Assembly: GCA_020725925.1 (NCBI GenBank)
Contig: DYTN01000004.1
Coordinates: 2,802 to 66,801 of the forward strand
Length of the DNA stretch: 64,000 bases
From: Methanobacteriota archaeon
Lineage (GTDB): Archaea; Thermoplasmatota; Thermoplasmata; UBA10834
Direction of reading: 5' to 3'
Every line of letters starts with the position of its first letter. Position 1 is the stretch's first letter. The translations under genes were made by a program, and so were the position numbers. Of the stretch, positions 36,105 to 46,005 are shown one piece after another. Below the pieces are notes generated by a model. That model was not told where the DNA came from and made no database searches. It saw only the letters and a program-made list of their open reading frames with translations.

Positions 36105-37373
36105 ATGTCGAAATCCGAGAAGCTCTACGAGAAGGCTAAGGAACTGATGCCTGCGGGGGTCTCGAGCCCGGTGCGAGCATTCGAGCCCTATCCGAGATAC
36201 ATAGAGTCGGCAAAGGGCTCAAGGATGAGGGATGTTGACGGGAAGGAATACGTTGACTATTGCATGGCATTCGGGCCGCTCATACTTGGTCACTCCCCAC
36301 CGAACGTCGTGACGGTAGTGAAGAAGATGCTCGAAAAAGGGAGTGTGTTCGGCGCGCCAACAGAGCAAGAGATCGTGCTCGCCGAGAAGATACGCAGTCA
36401 TTACCCAGCAGCAGAGATGCTGAGGCTCGTGAACACAGGAACCGAAGCCACCATGCATGCGCTCAGGTTGGCCAGGGGTTTCACGGGGAGAAAGAAGGTC
36501 GTGAAGGTCGAGGGGGCGTACCACGGAGCCCACGATGCCATGCTGGTCAAGGCAGGCTCGGGAGCGTTGACGCACAGCGCGCCCAATTCCCTCGGCGTGC
36601 TTGAAGACGTCGCGAAGCATACCATGCTTGTGCCATACAACAACTCAAGGGCTCTGCGAAATGCGCTGAAAGGCGAACATGGTGACGTCGCAGCGATGAT
36701 CATCGAGCCCGTGCTAGGCAATGTCGGTCCAATCCTGCCCGAGGAGGGGTACCTACAAGAAGTCAGGGAGATCACCTTGGACGAGGATGTTCTCCTGATT
36801 CTCGACGAGGTGATCACGGGCTTCAGGCTGGGCCTCGGAGGCGCACAGGAGATGTTCGGCATCAAGCCCGATCTGCTCACTCTGGGCAAGATTGTTGGAG
36901 GAGGATTCCCAATAGGCGTGTTTGGCGGGCGGAGGGAAATAATGGAGAAGATCTCGCCTCTGGGGGGAGTGTATCAGGCAGGCACGTTCAGCGGCAACCC
37001 GATCAGCGTCTCGGCCGGTCTCGAGACCATACGCACAATGGAAAAGAAAGGATACGCCTCTCTCGAGAGACGGTCGAGGAATCTTCGAGAGGGCTTGGAG
37101 GACGTGCTAGAGCGCTCCTCGCTGGGATATCAGGTTTCGGGCATAGGCTCTATGTTCCAGATATTCTTCACAAACGCAAAGATGCGGAACTGGGACGATA
37201 TACGGACTTCGGACACGGCGAGATTCATGCAGATGTTCCGGCGTCTCTTGGATGAAGGAGTCTATGTGCCGCCGAGCCAGTTCGAGACCAATTTCCTCTC
37301 GACTGCGCACAGTGATGCCGATGTCGAATTCACCATCGCGGCCTATGAAGGGGCCATCAGAGGACTCTCATGA
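36105..37373 (+). CDS. hemL: Glutamate-1-semialdehyde 2,1-aminomutase
   Basis: 422-aa class-III aminotransferase, with GAYHGAHDAMLVKAGSG and LILDEVITGFR around the PLP lysine, in hem context. Confidence 0.85.
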   Translation: MSKSEKLYEKAKELMPAGVSSPVRAFEPYPRYIESAKGSRMRDVDGKEYVDYCMAFGPLILGHSPPNVVTVVKKMLEKGSVFGAPTEQEIVLAEKIRSHYPAAEMLRLVNTGTEATMHALRLARGFTGRKKVVKVEGAYHGAHDAMLVKAGSGALTHSAPNSLGVLEDVAKHTMLVPYNNSRALRNALKGEHGDVAAMIIEPVLGNVGPILPEEGYLQEVREITLDEDVLLILDEVITGFRLGLGGAQEMFGIKPDLLTLGKIVGGGFPIGVFGGRREIMEKISPLGGVYQAGTFSGNPISVSAGLETIRTMEKKGYASLERRSRNLREGLEDVLERSSLGYQVSGIGSMFQIFFTNAKMRNWDDIRTSDTARFMQMFRRLLDEGVYVPPSQFETNFLSTAHSDADVEFTIAAYEGAIRGLS

Positions 37374-38287
37374 TGATCTGTGGCACCAGGGGGAGTCAGC
37401 TCGCACAGGTACAGACGCAGCTCGTGCTCCACAGGCTCGAACGGCTGTTTCCCCACATCGGCGTCGTCAGGCGCGTGGTCAGGACTTCGGGAGATGTGTT
37501 CAAACAGAGCCCCCTAACCGAGTTCGGAGGCACAGGGGCATTCGTCAAGGAGATCGACAATCTCCTGCGCAAGGGCGACATCGACTTTGCAGTGCACAGC
37601 CTCAAGGATGTTCCGACAAGGCTCAGGGAAGGAATCGAGATTGCCGCCGTGTTGCCGAGGGGGAACCCGAGAGACTACCTGATTTCAGATTTCCCGCTCG
37701 GCAGGCTACCTGCAGGGACAAAGGTTGGAACGTCCAGCCTCCGGAGGAAGGCGCAGCTTTTGAGACTGCGACCCGACCTCACAGTGGTGCCGTTGCGTGG
37801 AAACGTGCCGACCAGGGTGAGAAAGGTGGAGGATGGTGGACTTGACGCCGCAATCGTCGCAAGAGCAGGGCTTGACAGACTCGGTCTAAGTCCGCCCGGC
37901 TACACGCTCAGAATCAAGGACTTCGTCCCTTCCCCCTCCCAGGGCGCGATCGCAGTGGTTGCTAGGAAGGGCTCCGAAAGCTCGGCAATGATCGGGCGTT
38001 TGAACCACGGGCCGACTAGGCTAGCGACCGAGGTGGAGAGGCTCGCAATGGCCTTGCTCAGGGCAGGGTGTACTGCCCCTGTCGGGATCTACGCTACCTG
38101 CATCGGAGACAGAATCAGGATCCGAGGGATGGTGCTCAGCACGGACGGAAGAGAGAGCGTTGAACATGAGGCGACATTCCCTCACGGAAAAGCCCATGAC
38201 GGCGTGAAGAGGTTCGTGGAGGAATTGCGGAGCCTGGGAGGTGAGGCGCTTGTCAAAGAGGCGGGCGAGGCGGCACGCGCGTGGTAA
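37370..38287 (+). CDS. hemC: Hydroxymethylbilane synthase (porphobilinogen deaminase)
   Basis: MMICGTRGSQLAQVQTQLV N-terminus, plus KVGTSSLRRKAQLL and a dipyrromethane-cofactor Cys region. Confidence 0.8.
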   Translation: MMICGTRGSQLAQVQTQLVLHRLERLFPHIGVVRRVVRTSGDVFKQSPLTEFGGTGAFVKEIDNLLRKGDIDFAVHSLKDVPTRLREGIEIAAVLPRGNPRDYLISDFPLGRLPAGTKVGTSSLRRKAQLLRLRPDLTVVPLRGNVPTRVRKVEDGGLDAAIVARAGLDRLGLSPPGYTLRIKDFVPSPSQGAIAVVARKGSESSAMIGRLNHGPTRLATEVERLAMALLRAGCTAPVGIYATCIGDRIRIRGMVLSTDGRESVEHEATFPHGKAHDGVKRFVEELRSLGGEALVKEAGEAARAW

Positions 38288-39017
38288 GGTTTACCTTGTT
38301 GGAGCAGGCCCAGGGGATCCAGGTCTCATGACCGTCCGGGCAGTTGAGTTGCTGAAGAAGGCGGACGTCGTGATACACGACCGACTGATAGGAGTGGGAA
38401 TCGAGGCGCTGATCCCCAAGCATGCAAGGAGGATCGATGCTGGCAAGTCTGGGGTGCAGCACAATCTCGACCAGGCGGAGATAAACGATGTGATGGTTGA
38501 GCTCGCATCCTCTGGCAAGACCGTGGTGAGACTGAAAGGGGGCGACCCCTACCTTTTCGGGAGAGGAGCCGAGGAAGCGGAGTTCCTGACCAGCAGAGGC
38601 ATTGCCGTCGAGGTTGTGCCTGGCGTGACATCGGCCATCTCCGTTCCCGCTCTGGCAGGGATACCTGTGACCCATCGGGACATCGCCTCCGTGGTGACAA
38701 TCGTAACGGGACACGATTCCCCGCAGAAGAGAGGGGCGAGCGTAGACTGGGGAGCGCTCGCCCGCCTCGATTCGACCATTGTGGTGCTCATGGGAGTGAA
38801 GAACCTGGGACGAATAGCCAAGAAGCTGATGAGCGAGGGTAAGTCCGGAACAACTCCGGTTGCCGTAATAGAGCGCGGAACATGGCAGGACCCTGTCGTC
38901 ACCGTGGGCAACCTGCGGAACATTTCCAGGATGGCCAAGGAGGCCAACGTGAAGCCCCCTGCGATCATAGTCATAGGCGACATTGTGAGGTTAAGGGAAC
39001 GCCTGGAGGAATTATGA
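38241..39017 (+). CDS. cobA: Uroporphyrinogen-III C-methyltransferase (SUMT; CobA/SirA)
   Basis: KVYLVGAGPGDPGLMTVRAVELLKKADVVIHDRL and VRLKGGDPYLFGRGAEE, typical of tetrapyrrole methylases. Confidence 0.8.
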   Translation: MRRLSKRRARRHARGKVYLVGAGPGDPGLMTVRAVELLKKADVVIHDRLIGVGIEALIPKHARRIDAGKSGVQHNLDQAEINDVMVELASSGKTVVRLKGGDPYLFGRGAEEAEFLTSRGIAVEVVPGVTSAISVPALAGIPVTHRDIASVVTIVTGHDSPQKRGASVDWGALARLDSTIVVLMGVKNLGRIAKKLMSEGKSGTTPVAVIERGTWQDPVVTVGNLRNISRMAKEANVKPPAIIVIGDIVRLRERLEEL

Positions 39018-39802
39018 CGAGGACCATCGCCCTGATGAGGCCGGCGTCATCGCTGGGCGAGTCTGTGCGCTTGGCGAAGGAGAAGGGCTTCTACGTGCTC
39101 GGGGCACCTGTGATCGAGCTGGAGGCCATCGCGAACGGACAGTTCAACGAGTTTGTCGAAAGTCTCTCAAGAGGGTATGTCGACTATGTTGTATTCACGA
39201 GCGCGAATGGCCTGCGGTTTTCGCTCGGGCTCGCAGAGGGATTCATCGGAAAGGACGAGTTCATAGTCCTGCTCAGGAGAGCGAAGGTCGTTGCGATTGG
39301 CGCGAAGACGAGACAGGCGCTGAGCACCGCAGGAGTGAAGGTGAGCCACACGCCAAGCACCTATAGCTCCGAGGGGCTCGCGCATCTCTTCAAGAGGCTT
39401 TCTCCGAAGGGGTCGCGCATCGTTCTGGTGAGGAGCGCGCAGGGCTCAGGAGACCTCGTGCCAGCCCTCGAGGCATTGGGTGCAAGGGTGACGGATGTGC
39501 AAGTGTACAGGGTGAGAATGCCCGGGAGCCTGAAGGACGCGCAGGACTTGGTCAAGAGAGCCGCCAACGGGGAGGTGGACGTATTCTGTTTCACCAGCGC
39601 GATGACAGTGCTCAACTTCCTCGATATCGCACGCTCACTCGGACTCCTCGATGAAGTCATCTTGAAGATCAACCGAGCATGCGTTGCAGCCATAGGCCAA
39701 CCGACTGTGCGAGCACTGAAGAGCAATGGCATGGATGTGGACATAGTGCCTGAGGAACAGACATTCGAGGCCCTCTTGGACGAAGTGGTGAGAAAGGGAT
39801 GA
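39014..39802 (+). CDS. hemD: Uroporphyrinogen-III synthase
   Basis: An ATG at 39014 overlaps the cobA stop (ATGA). A 263-aa HemD-like two-domain protein (VFTSANGLRF ... FCFTSAMTV). The ORF track lists a longer out-of-context start at 38882. Confidence 0.6.
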   Translation: MTRTIALMRPASSLGESVRLAKEKGFYVLGAPVIELEAIANGQFNEFVESLSRGYVDYVVFTSANGLRFSLGLAEGFIGKDEFIVLLRRAKVVAIGAKTRQALSTAGVKVSHTPSTYSSEGLAHLFKRLSPKGSRIVLVRSAQGSGDLVPALEALGARVTDVQVYRVRMPGSLKDAQDLVKRAANGEVDVFCFTSAMTVLNFLDIARSLGLLDEVILKINRACVAAIGQPTVRALKSNGMDVDIVPEEQTFEALLDEVVRKG

Positions 39803-40971
39803 TAATATTCTCGAAAGTTCTCGGGAACAAAGGAACCGTGTATGACGCCCTTCGGGCGGGCGCCGCATGCGGCAGGGATGTACCGGACGACATGATCAGG
39901 TTCTCGAAGGAGCAAAGGCCGGTCGTGGTCTGGAACATCACGAGAAGATGCAACCTCAGGTGCGAACACTGCTACCTTGATGCGAGCGACACTGCCGACG
40001 ACGAGATGTCTCTGGAGGACTTCGGAGAGGTCGTCAACGACCTCGTGAAGTGCGAGGTCCCGCTAATAATATTCAGCGGTGGTGAGCCTCTAGTCAGGAA
40101 GGATTTCTTTGAGATTCTCAAGCTGGTGAAAGATGCGGGTCTCAAGAGCGTCATCAGCACAAATGGTACGCTGATCACGCCCGAGAACGCAGAGCGTCTG
40201 GCGGAGCTCGGCGTGAGATACGTTGGGGTGAGCCTCGACGCCGCATGCCCCGAGATCCACGACAGGTTCAGAGGCGTTAAGGGTTCGTGGGAGAAGGCCG
40301 TCGAGGGGGTCAGAAACGCAAAGACCGCGGGCATACGAACGGGCCTCAGAATAACCGTTACCAAGGACAACTACAGGGAACTTCCTGCACTTCTGGACCT
40401 CGCTCTCCGAGAAGGCGTCGAGAGGTTCTGCGTGTATCATCTGATACCAACAGGCCGTGGAGCATCAATGATAGCGAAGGATCTGGACAAGAACGAGCGC
40501 GAGTGGGTCCTCTCATTTCTCTATGAGAAGTCCATTGAACTCAGAGACAAGGAGATCGAGATACTCACAACGGATTCACCGATGGATGGCGTCTACATCC
40601 TGGAGCGGCTCAGGCGAGAGAACCCGGAGGCGTATGCCGATGCGCGAAAGCTCCTCGCGATAGGCAGCGGCTGTACAATAGGCACTAAGATTGCCAACAT
40701 AGACTACAGGGGCGATGTGATGCCATGCCATTTCGCGCCGGAAATCGTGGTCGGAAACGTCCGTGAGAAGACTTTCGCCCAGTTGTGGATCAAGGAACCA
40801 TGCAATGAGCTCACTGAGCTCAGGGAGATTTCTTCCAGACTGAAGGGGAAGTGTGGAAGGTGCGATTATCTTGATGTGTGCAGAGGATGCAGGAAGAGGG
40901 CACTGTTTCACACTGGCGACTGGAAGGGCGAAGATCCCTCTTGCTTGTATGACCCACCGGCACGGGTTTGA
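39799..40971 (+). CDS. Radical-SAM/SPASM enzyme of the AhbC/AhbD (NirJ-like) family, second paralog
   Basis: MIIFSKVLGNKGTVYDALRAG N-terminus, CNLRCEHCY cluster motif, and a C-terminal SPASM Cys motif CGRCDYLDVCRGCRKRA. Confidence 0.7.
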   Translation: MIIFSKVLGNKGTVYDALRAGAACGRDVPDDMIRFSKEQRPVVVWNITRRCNLRCEHCYLDASDTADDEMSLEDFGEVVNDLVKCEVPLIIFSGGEPLVRKDFFEILKLVKDAGLKSVISTNGTLITPENAERLAELGVRYVGVSLDAACPEIHDRFRGVKGSWEKAVEGVRNAKTAGIRTGLRITVTKDNYRELPALLDLALREGVERFCVYHLIPTGRGASMIAKDLDKNEREWVLSFLYEKSIELRDKEIEILTTDSPMDGVYILERLRRENPEAYADARKLLAIGSGCTIGTKIANIDYRGDVMPCHFAPEIVVGNVREKTFAQLWIKEPCNELTELREISSRLKGKCGRCDYLDVCRGCRKRALFHTGDWKGEDPSCLYDPPARV

Positions 40972-41109
40972 GTCCTCATAGCCCACGTCCAATCCAGGAG
41001 AGCTCAGGAGTTTGGATTCGGAAATGACTCTGAGGGCAGGCAGCAATCACGCGGACAGACCCGGAACGGTTATATGAAGTGTTCAGGATTCCTCAGGTCA
41101 AGACCGGAG

Positions 41110-41406
41110 CGCCCGCCCGGCGAACGGGAGACACCGGAGTTGCACGACATCCTCATCACACACGGAAAGGTCATAGACGGGACCGGGTCGCTGGTTGCGC
41201 TCTTGGATGTGGCCATCGACGGCACAAGGATTTCAGGCCTGTACAAGCATTCGGGGGGAAGGCGTCGATTACAATCGACGCCGAGGGAATGGTCGTCTGT
41301 CCGGGATTCATAGACATACACTCGCATTCCGAACTCGCACTCCTGGCAAACCCGCTGGCTAAGAGCAAGATCAGGCAGGGGGTGACGACTGAGCTCGTTG
41401 GCAACA
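41110..41406 (+). pseudogene. Frameshifted, 3'-truncated amidohydrolase (N-acyl-D-amino-acid deacylase/dihydroorotase-like) gene remnant
   Basis: Two frames encode HDILITHGKVIDGTGSLVALLDVAIDGTRI and then ITIDAEGMVVCPGFIDIHSHSELALLANPLAKSKIRQGVTTELVGN, the conserved N-terminal 100 aa of D-aminoacylase-type amidohydrolases. The reading frame is lost after GN at about 41407, where AT-rich non-coding DNA begins. Confidence 0.6.
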
Positions 41407-41639
41407 CTTTTTTCTCATTTTCTAGGTTCCTTTCTTAATCAACTTGAGACGATGTAGGCCCAACTGGGCCCAATCAGATCAAGAGCCAGATAGTCGAAGT
41501 GTGATTTCAACTCCAGCCGATCAGACTGAAGAGCGGAGTCGGTTTTTCGCCGCCGAGTGTTTTCACTAGGAGGAGATGATGCCTCGACACGCTCTTGGCA
41601 CAGAAGCAATCGCTCAGTCCGAAGAAAACTCTCATGTGC

Positions 41640-41960
41640 GCTTCTGCCAGGAATCTGAGAATCGTATAGGAAGTGCTGAAATGCATGAGAATCACTAAGA
41701 TAATGATTGAAGCTAAATCCTCATGCCAGCTCCCATGAGAACCATTGAGAATCTATGGAGAAATGATCGAGAAAAAACTCTCATTCAAGGCCCTTGCCAG
41801 CTAATTTCAGAGGAGCATTGAGAATCATTGGGAATGTATGGAAACTATGGAAAAGTCACGAGAATTATCCCATATGGAAAACCCTCGTGCCGTCTCGACT
41901 CTTTTTCCATCGTCCTTCTCCATTCTCATCAGTTCTCAATACTTTCCATGGGCATCGAGG
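41640..41960. repeat. Non-coding repeat locus B (CATTGAGAATC, CATGAGAA and CCATGGAAA motif cluster), homologous in inverted orientation to locus A
   Basis: See locus A. CATTGAGAATC occurs twice, together with multiple (T)ATGGA(A)A units. Confidence 0.6.
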
Positions 41961-42407
41961 CCCGTTCTTCGGCAGATTGAAGACACCTGCACCGTCAGTG
42001 CTCCATTGGATGGCCTGAATTCTCAACAATCGGGAATTCCTCCTTCGCATGATTGTCAGATTCCCATGTTCCTCTTCGGTCTTCGTTCTATTGCTCATTT
42101 GACCGAAGTCAAAAGCTGAATCACGTGAGTAGCTCAAACCTCGACGACGGAGAAGAGAGAGTCGGGCGCTTGAGCCTGTCCTATGCCGATCATCGCCAGT
42201 ATCGTCTCTCATGGCTTGGGCTTCAAGTCCCTGGCGTTCCTGACTGCGATCATCTCTCTCTTCGTGTCACTTTTTTCGCGCCGAAAGAAGCGTGGTTCTG
42301 AGGTAACAGCTCTCTTTGCAGTTTCGCCAACCTCGTGCAAAGCTACCTGTACTCAACAGTCATGAGAGACCTATAATCGTCCAAGGACGATCGGAGATGA
42401 GGCCACA

Positions 42408-42731
42408 ATGACACAAGAAGTCTGGCATAATCGCATGCTAATGAACGAGGCGAACGTCAACCGTTATGTGGAGCAAAAGGCGGGCGTGTACGGACTTTTC
42501 GAGAACATGCCCGATGATAAGTACTACTTTAGGTACGCCGGGCAGTCGGCAGATCTGAGAACCCGATTGCTCCAGCATCTCGCAGACAGCGAGCCAAATG
42601 CCTGCATAAAGCAGTTGGTCAGAGGAGGAAGCTGCACTTTCGGGTTCGCGTATGTTGGTACGCAAGCAGAACGGGATGCGATTGAGAAAGGATACAGAGA
42701 GAACTGGGATTTGAAGTGCAACAAGGTCTAG
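42408..42731 (+). CDS. GIY-YIG nuclease-domain protein (107 aa)
   Basis: GVYGLFENMPDDKYYFRYAGQSADLRTRLLQH is the GIY-(x10)-YIG motif with downstream Arg and Glu residues (ERDAIEKGYREN). Confidence 0.55.
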   Translation: MTQEVWHNRMLMNEANVNRYVEQKAGVYGLFENMPDDKYYFRYAGQSADLRTRLLQHLADSEPNACIKQLVRGGSCTFGFAYVGTQAERDAIEKGYRENWDLKCNKV

Positions 42732-42738
42732 CCGCGAC

Positions 42739-43314
42739 TTAGGATTTCGCGGCTTCTTCCTCTTTCTTCAACGCCTCAAGTATCGGCCGTCCCATCTTCA
42801 AGTCTTCAGTTCTTACCTCGATGCGGTGCGTGATGGTGACGAACTCCCTCATCTTCACGATGGCGCCGAAAGAGGCGACGCCGCCCAGGAGTAGCGCCAT
42901 TTTCCAGTTTGACTCTACTTCATCAAAGACTAGCAAGAGGCATGCCCCCGCGAAGAAAACGCCGGAGGCAAATGCGAAACCAGCAGTTGCTCGTAAAGCC
43001 GACTTGCCTCTGGAGATATGAGAAGCCCACTCCTCAATCTTCGACCCGATCCACGAGAGGTCGTTCAGTTCGGGCAGAACCACTTTGAGATCCTCGATCT
43101 TGATTCCCTTCGTCTTCTTGTTAAGCTTCTCGACGCCGTCCTTCAGCTGGATGAAGAGATGATCCACAACTTTCTGATTCTTTGACTCGAATTCTCTCGA
43201 GAAGCTCTCAGTCTTGAACAGAATCCCCATTGAGATGTTGATTGCGCCAATCAGAATCGTTCCCGCGACAATAAGCAACTCGTCCATTCCCCTAACCCTC
43301 TGGTCTAGCACCAC
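42739..43314 (-). CDS. Hypothetical membrane protein (191 aa, two or three TM segments)
   Basis: Hydrophobic N-terminal segment (LLIVAGTILIGAINISMGILF) and central segments (FAFASGVFFAGACLLLVF; LLLGGVASFGAIV). Confidence 0.35.
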   Translation of the reverse strand: MVLDQRVRGMDELLIVAGTILIGAINISMGILFKTESFSREFESKNQKVVDHLFIQLKDGVEKLNKKTKGIKIEDLKVVLPELNDLSWIGSKIEEWASHISRGKSALRATAGFAFASGVFFAGACLLLVFDEVESNWKMALLLGGVASFGAIVKMREFVTITHRIEVRTEDLKMGRPILEALKKEEEAAKS

Positions 43315-43724
43315 AGCGGCCCAGTATTGGGAATCGCGAGTATAAAGGTGCTAGCTCTGGAGCCTGGCTCACTCTGTCTCCCTTCTGGACTTGATAGCTC
43401 CTATAATCTGGACCAGAATCTCAATCTGGTACGTCCACAGGAACAGCGACACCATCGTGCAACTTGAACCCTGATTGGTCTCAGAGAATGGGTATCTGGC
43501 TGGCTCGCGATTCAAATCCCTTCGAGCCTTGACCAATCCTATTTTCAGGAATCAATGCAAGAAAGCCGAGTGACCCATGGTCAAACAAGAAGTTGGACCC
43601 AAACGGACTACCGAGCTTTCACGACGAGTACTTCCTTGATGACAAACGGTGCGAGGTTTCACAACCGTCAATCCAATAGAACCCTCATCGAGAGGCGTGG
43701 CCTGTAGTATCCCAATCAGTGTTC

Positions 43725-44696
43725 TCAGGAGAGGAATCCCGACAGCGCGATGCCTGCCGTTAGGAGCACACCGCCAAACAAATGGATCTGAACGGTCATG
43801 GCCTGCGCAGGCAGCAGCGCGCGGACATTCTCTGGGTTGCTAAGAACTACCTTCGAGGCCTTGATAGCCAGTGGGATGGTGAGGAAGAACAGCAGGGCAA
43901 GAGCTGGCAACAGAGAGAAGAGGATCGCGATGGCAGCCCATCCATATGCGGCGCAGAGTATTATCGGATATCCGACGGACGCTTTCTTCCTCCCGAGCCT
44001 CACGACCCAGTGGCGTTTCCCCACGCTCGCGTCTGCTTCCATATCTGGGAACTGGTTGATGTAAAGGACCAGGGCGATGAGGAGGCCGATTGGAACACCG
44101 GCAAGAAATACGGGAACGTTGACGTCTCCAGTGAGCACGATGTACGTGCCGAGGACCACGAGAGGGCCGAACCCAAGACATACCCCGATCTCGCCAACCC
44201 CGCGTCGAGCAAGGTTCACCTTCGGGGCGATGTACAGGAAGCCCAGCAGCCCGCCAGCGATCCCAACGGGCAGGATCCACCAACTGATAGTCCATGCCAG
44301 ATAGAGGCCTATCGCGGCACCTATGCCGAAGCCAGTCAGGGCGGCCAGAAAGACCTTCTTCGGTTCGAGTACCCCGCCTATCAGGAAAGGAGTCCCTCCG
44401 TTGAACTGCGTCCTCGCGTTGTTTATTGCGTCCCCGCCGTTTTCGTAGTCGAAATAGTCGTTGATCATGTTAGTTCCTGCGTGCAGAGACACGGTCCCTG
44501 CCATCGTCACTAGGAGCAGGACGAGATCGAAAACCCCTCTCTCCCAGTACACGAGGGCGGCGCCGAAGAGCACTGGCACTATAGCCGCCGTGAAGAAGGG
44601 AGCTCTGAGTTCGAGCAGCCAGATCTTCACCATCCTTCCAAACGAAGCAGGCTCCTTTGCCCCGGCCGAGGTACCTTGTACGTTCTGTCCGTCCAT
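43725..44696 (-). CDS. UbiA-family prenyltransferase (MenA-like polyprenyltransferase)
   Basis: At least eight TM helices. The Asp-rich motif GTNMINDYFDYENGGD is the UbiA NxxxDxxxD box. High GC. Confidence 0.7.
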   Translation of the reverse strand: MDGQNVQGTSAGAKEPASFGRMVKIWLLELRAPFFTAAIVPVLFGAALVYWERGVFDLVLLLVTMAGTVSLHAGTNMINDYFDYENGGDAINNARTQFNGGTPFLIGGVLEPKKVFLAALTGFGIGAAIGLYLAWTISWWILPVGIAGGLLGFLYIAPKVNLARRGVGEIGVCLGFGPLVVLGTYIVLTGDVNVPVFLAGVPIGLLIALVLYINQFPDMEADASVGKRHWVVRLGRKKASVGYPIILCAAYGWAAIAILFSLLPALALLFFLTIPLAIKASKVVLSNPENVRALLPAQAMTVQIHLFGGVLLTAGIALSGFLS

Positions 44697-45405
44697 TTCA
44701 AATTCCCCGCTGAGAGACAGAGTAGTCTCAGATGACCGAAACCATGTCTTTCATACTCTGCATCTTCTTAAGCCTATCGGTGATTGTTGCCTTCGATGTG
44801 ACGGGCGATGATCTGCACGACCGCTATGCTGCCCTTCTGCCTCCTTCTTCAGATGCCCGAGATGAATGGCCGTTGGTCCCGGAAATGTTTCGGGCTCGTC
44901 TCGAGTCTTGAGAGGAACTCGAAGAGGTCCAAGGGCTAGATTTCGATGAGAAGAGGTCTCGAGACGCTGTTGATGGCTTCGTTGTTCTGCCATCTCTGTT
45001 TTGCAGGGAGATGATCTTGTTCGAGCTCGGAAGTTGACACAGGTTCAGAAGCCGCATGGGTCCTTCACACTGGTGTGGAGCTCGGAGTCATGCTACGTCT
45101 TTCTGGTTTTTCCATTTCTAGCTCCCAGCTCTAACTGCTGGATGATTTCATATCGCAATCCGTGTATGAAAAAAGAAGGTCAAAGGGTTTCTTGGACTGG
45201 CCTTGCACCTTCGCTACCGAATTGAAATCCGAGCTGGATTGTCTGGCTGTGGACTAGTTCTGGCTCGGTTGGGCCCACTTCACTATCAAGCCAGAGAAAG
45301 GCTCCCAGAATTCAGACTATGCGACTTCATTCTTGATTGAAATCCTCAAGATGCTTGCTGGGTGCACCTAGGTTCGGACCACTTCGCGCCCACCATTTCC
45401 AAGAC

Positions 45406-45891
45406 TCATTTACATCGGATAACATTTCTATTTCGGGGCTCTGTTCTGTATCTTTTCTGCGGGTTCCTTCGTTTTGAGTGGTGGAATTGCTTTCCCTTGG
45501 GTTGGATTGCCAATACTTTCGGCTCGAATCTGCCCCCTGTTCTGAAGTAGACACGCTTCCTACCTTCCGAATCTGTCTCTTCCGAGCGAGCGGCATAGCC
45601 TTCCTCTTCGAGGAATTCGAGGACTCCGTAGACGAATTGATAGCTCGCCCCTCTGCTCCTTTGCCTCCGAGATCCCTCTTTCCTTTTCTTGATCCTCGGA
45701 TAATCCATTTTTAGCTCGCTAACAGTGTACAGCGGAGAGATGCGACCATCGGGATTCTTCTCCATCTCTTTGTCATGCTGTTCTTGTCGCTTTTCTATCA
45801 TCCTCATGATCCTCTTCGCCGGACCACGAAGATTCGCGTAGGGGTCTTTTTGGCGCATGTGCTCAACTCGAGTCTTACCTTCCCTTGACAC
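45406..45891 (-). CDS. Hypothetical basic protein with a winged-helix-like segment (161 aa)
   Basis: YQFVYGVLEFLEEEGYAARSEETDSEGRKRVYF resembles the PadR/wHTH recognition-helix-wing region. Low GC. Confidence 0.3.
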   Translation of the reverse strand: MSREGKTRVEHMRQKDPYANLRGPAKRIMRMIEKRQEQHDKEMEKNPDGRISPLYTVSELKMDYPRIKKRKEGSRRQRSRGASYQFVYGVLEFLEEEGYAARSEETDSEGRKRVYFRTGGRFEPKVLAIQPKGKQFHHSKRRNPQKRYRTEPRNRNVIRCK

Positions 45892-46005
45892 TGCAATACA
45901 TGTCTTGGTTGATAAATACTGCCGTGGCCAGCATTGAAGATATGTGGAAATGTTGGTTGCGACACCTGAATCACATATGAATCGAAATGGAGTTTAGTAT
46001 ACTGA

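Noticed and set aside
25477-41884. The idea that the inverted repeat loci A and B delimit a single transposon carrying the heme cluster
   Set aside because: The amidohydrolase breakpoint (41407) and the upstream heme genes lie inside the A-to-B span rather than outside it. The defence-island edges (20.25 kb and 31.2 kb) also do not coincide with locus A. The repeats more likely mark related mobile DNA at two sites, though recombination between them remains possible.
43471-43510. A tRNA T-loop-like word CGATTCAAATCCC, considered as a tRNA fragment or att site
   Set aside because: The flanking sequence cannot form a T-stem or acceptor stem. GGCTCG ... CGAGCC forms a different hairpin. It is probably chance similarity to the TTCAAATCC T-loop consensus.
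45213-45228. A third occurrence of the island-flank repeat word (CCGAATTGAAATCC)
   Set aside because: Only the 9-nt core GAATTGAAAT is shared. In AT-rich DNA that is too weak to call as a third copy of the direct repeat.
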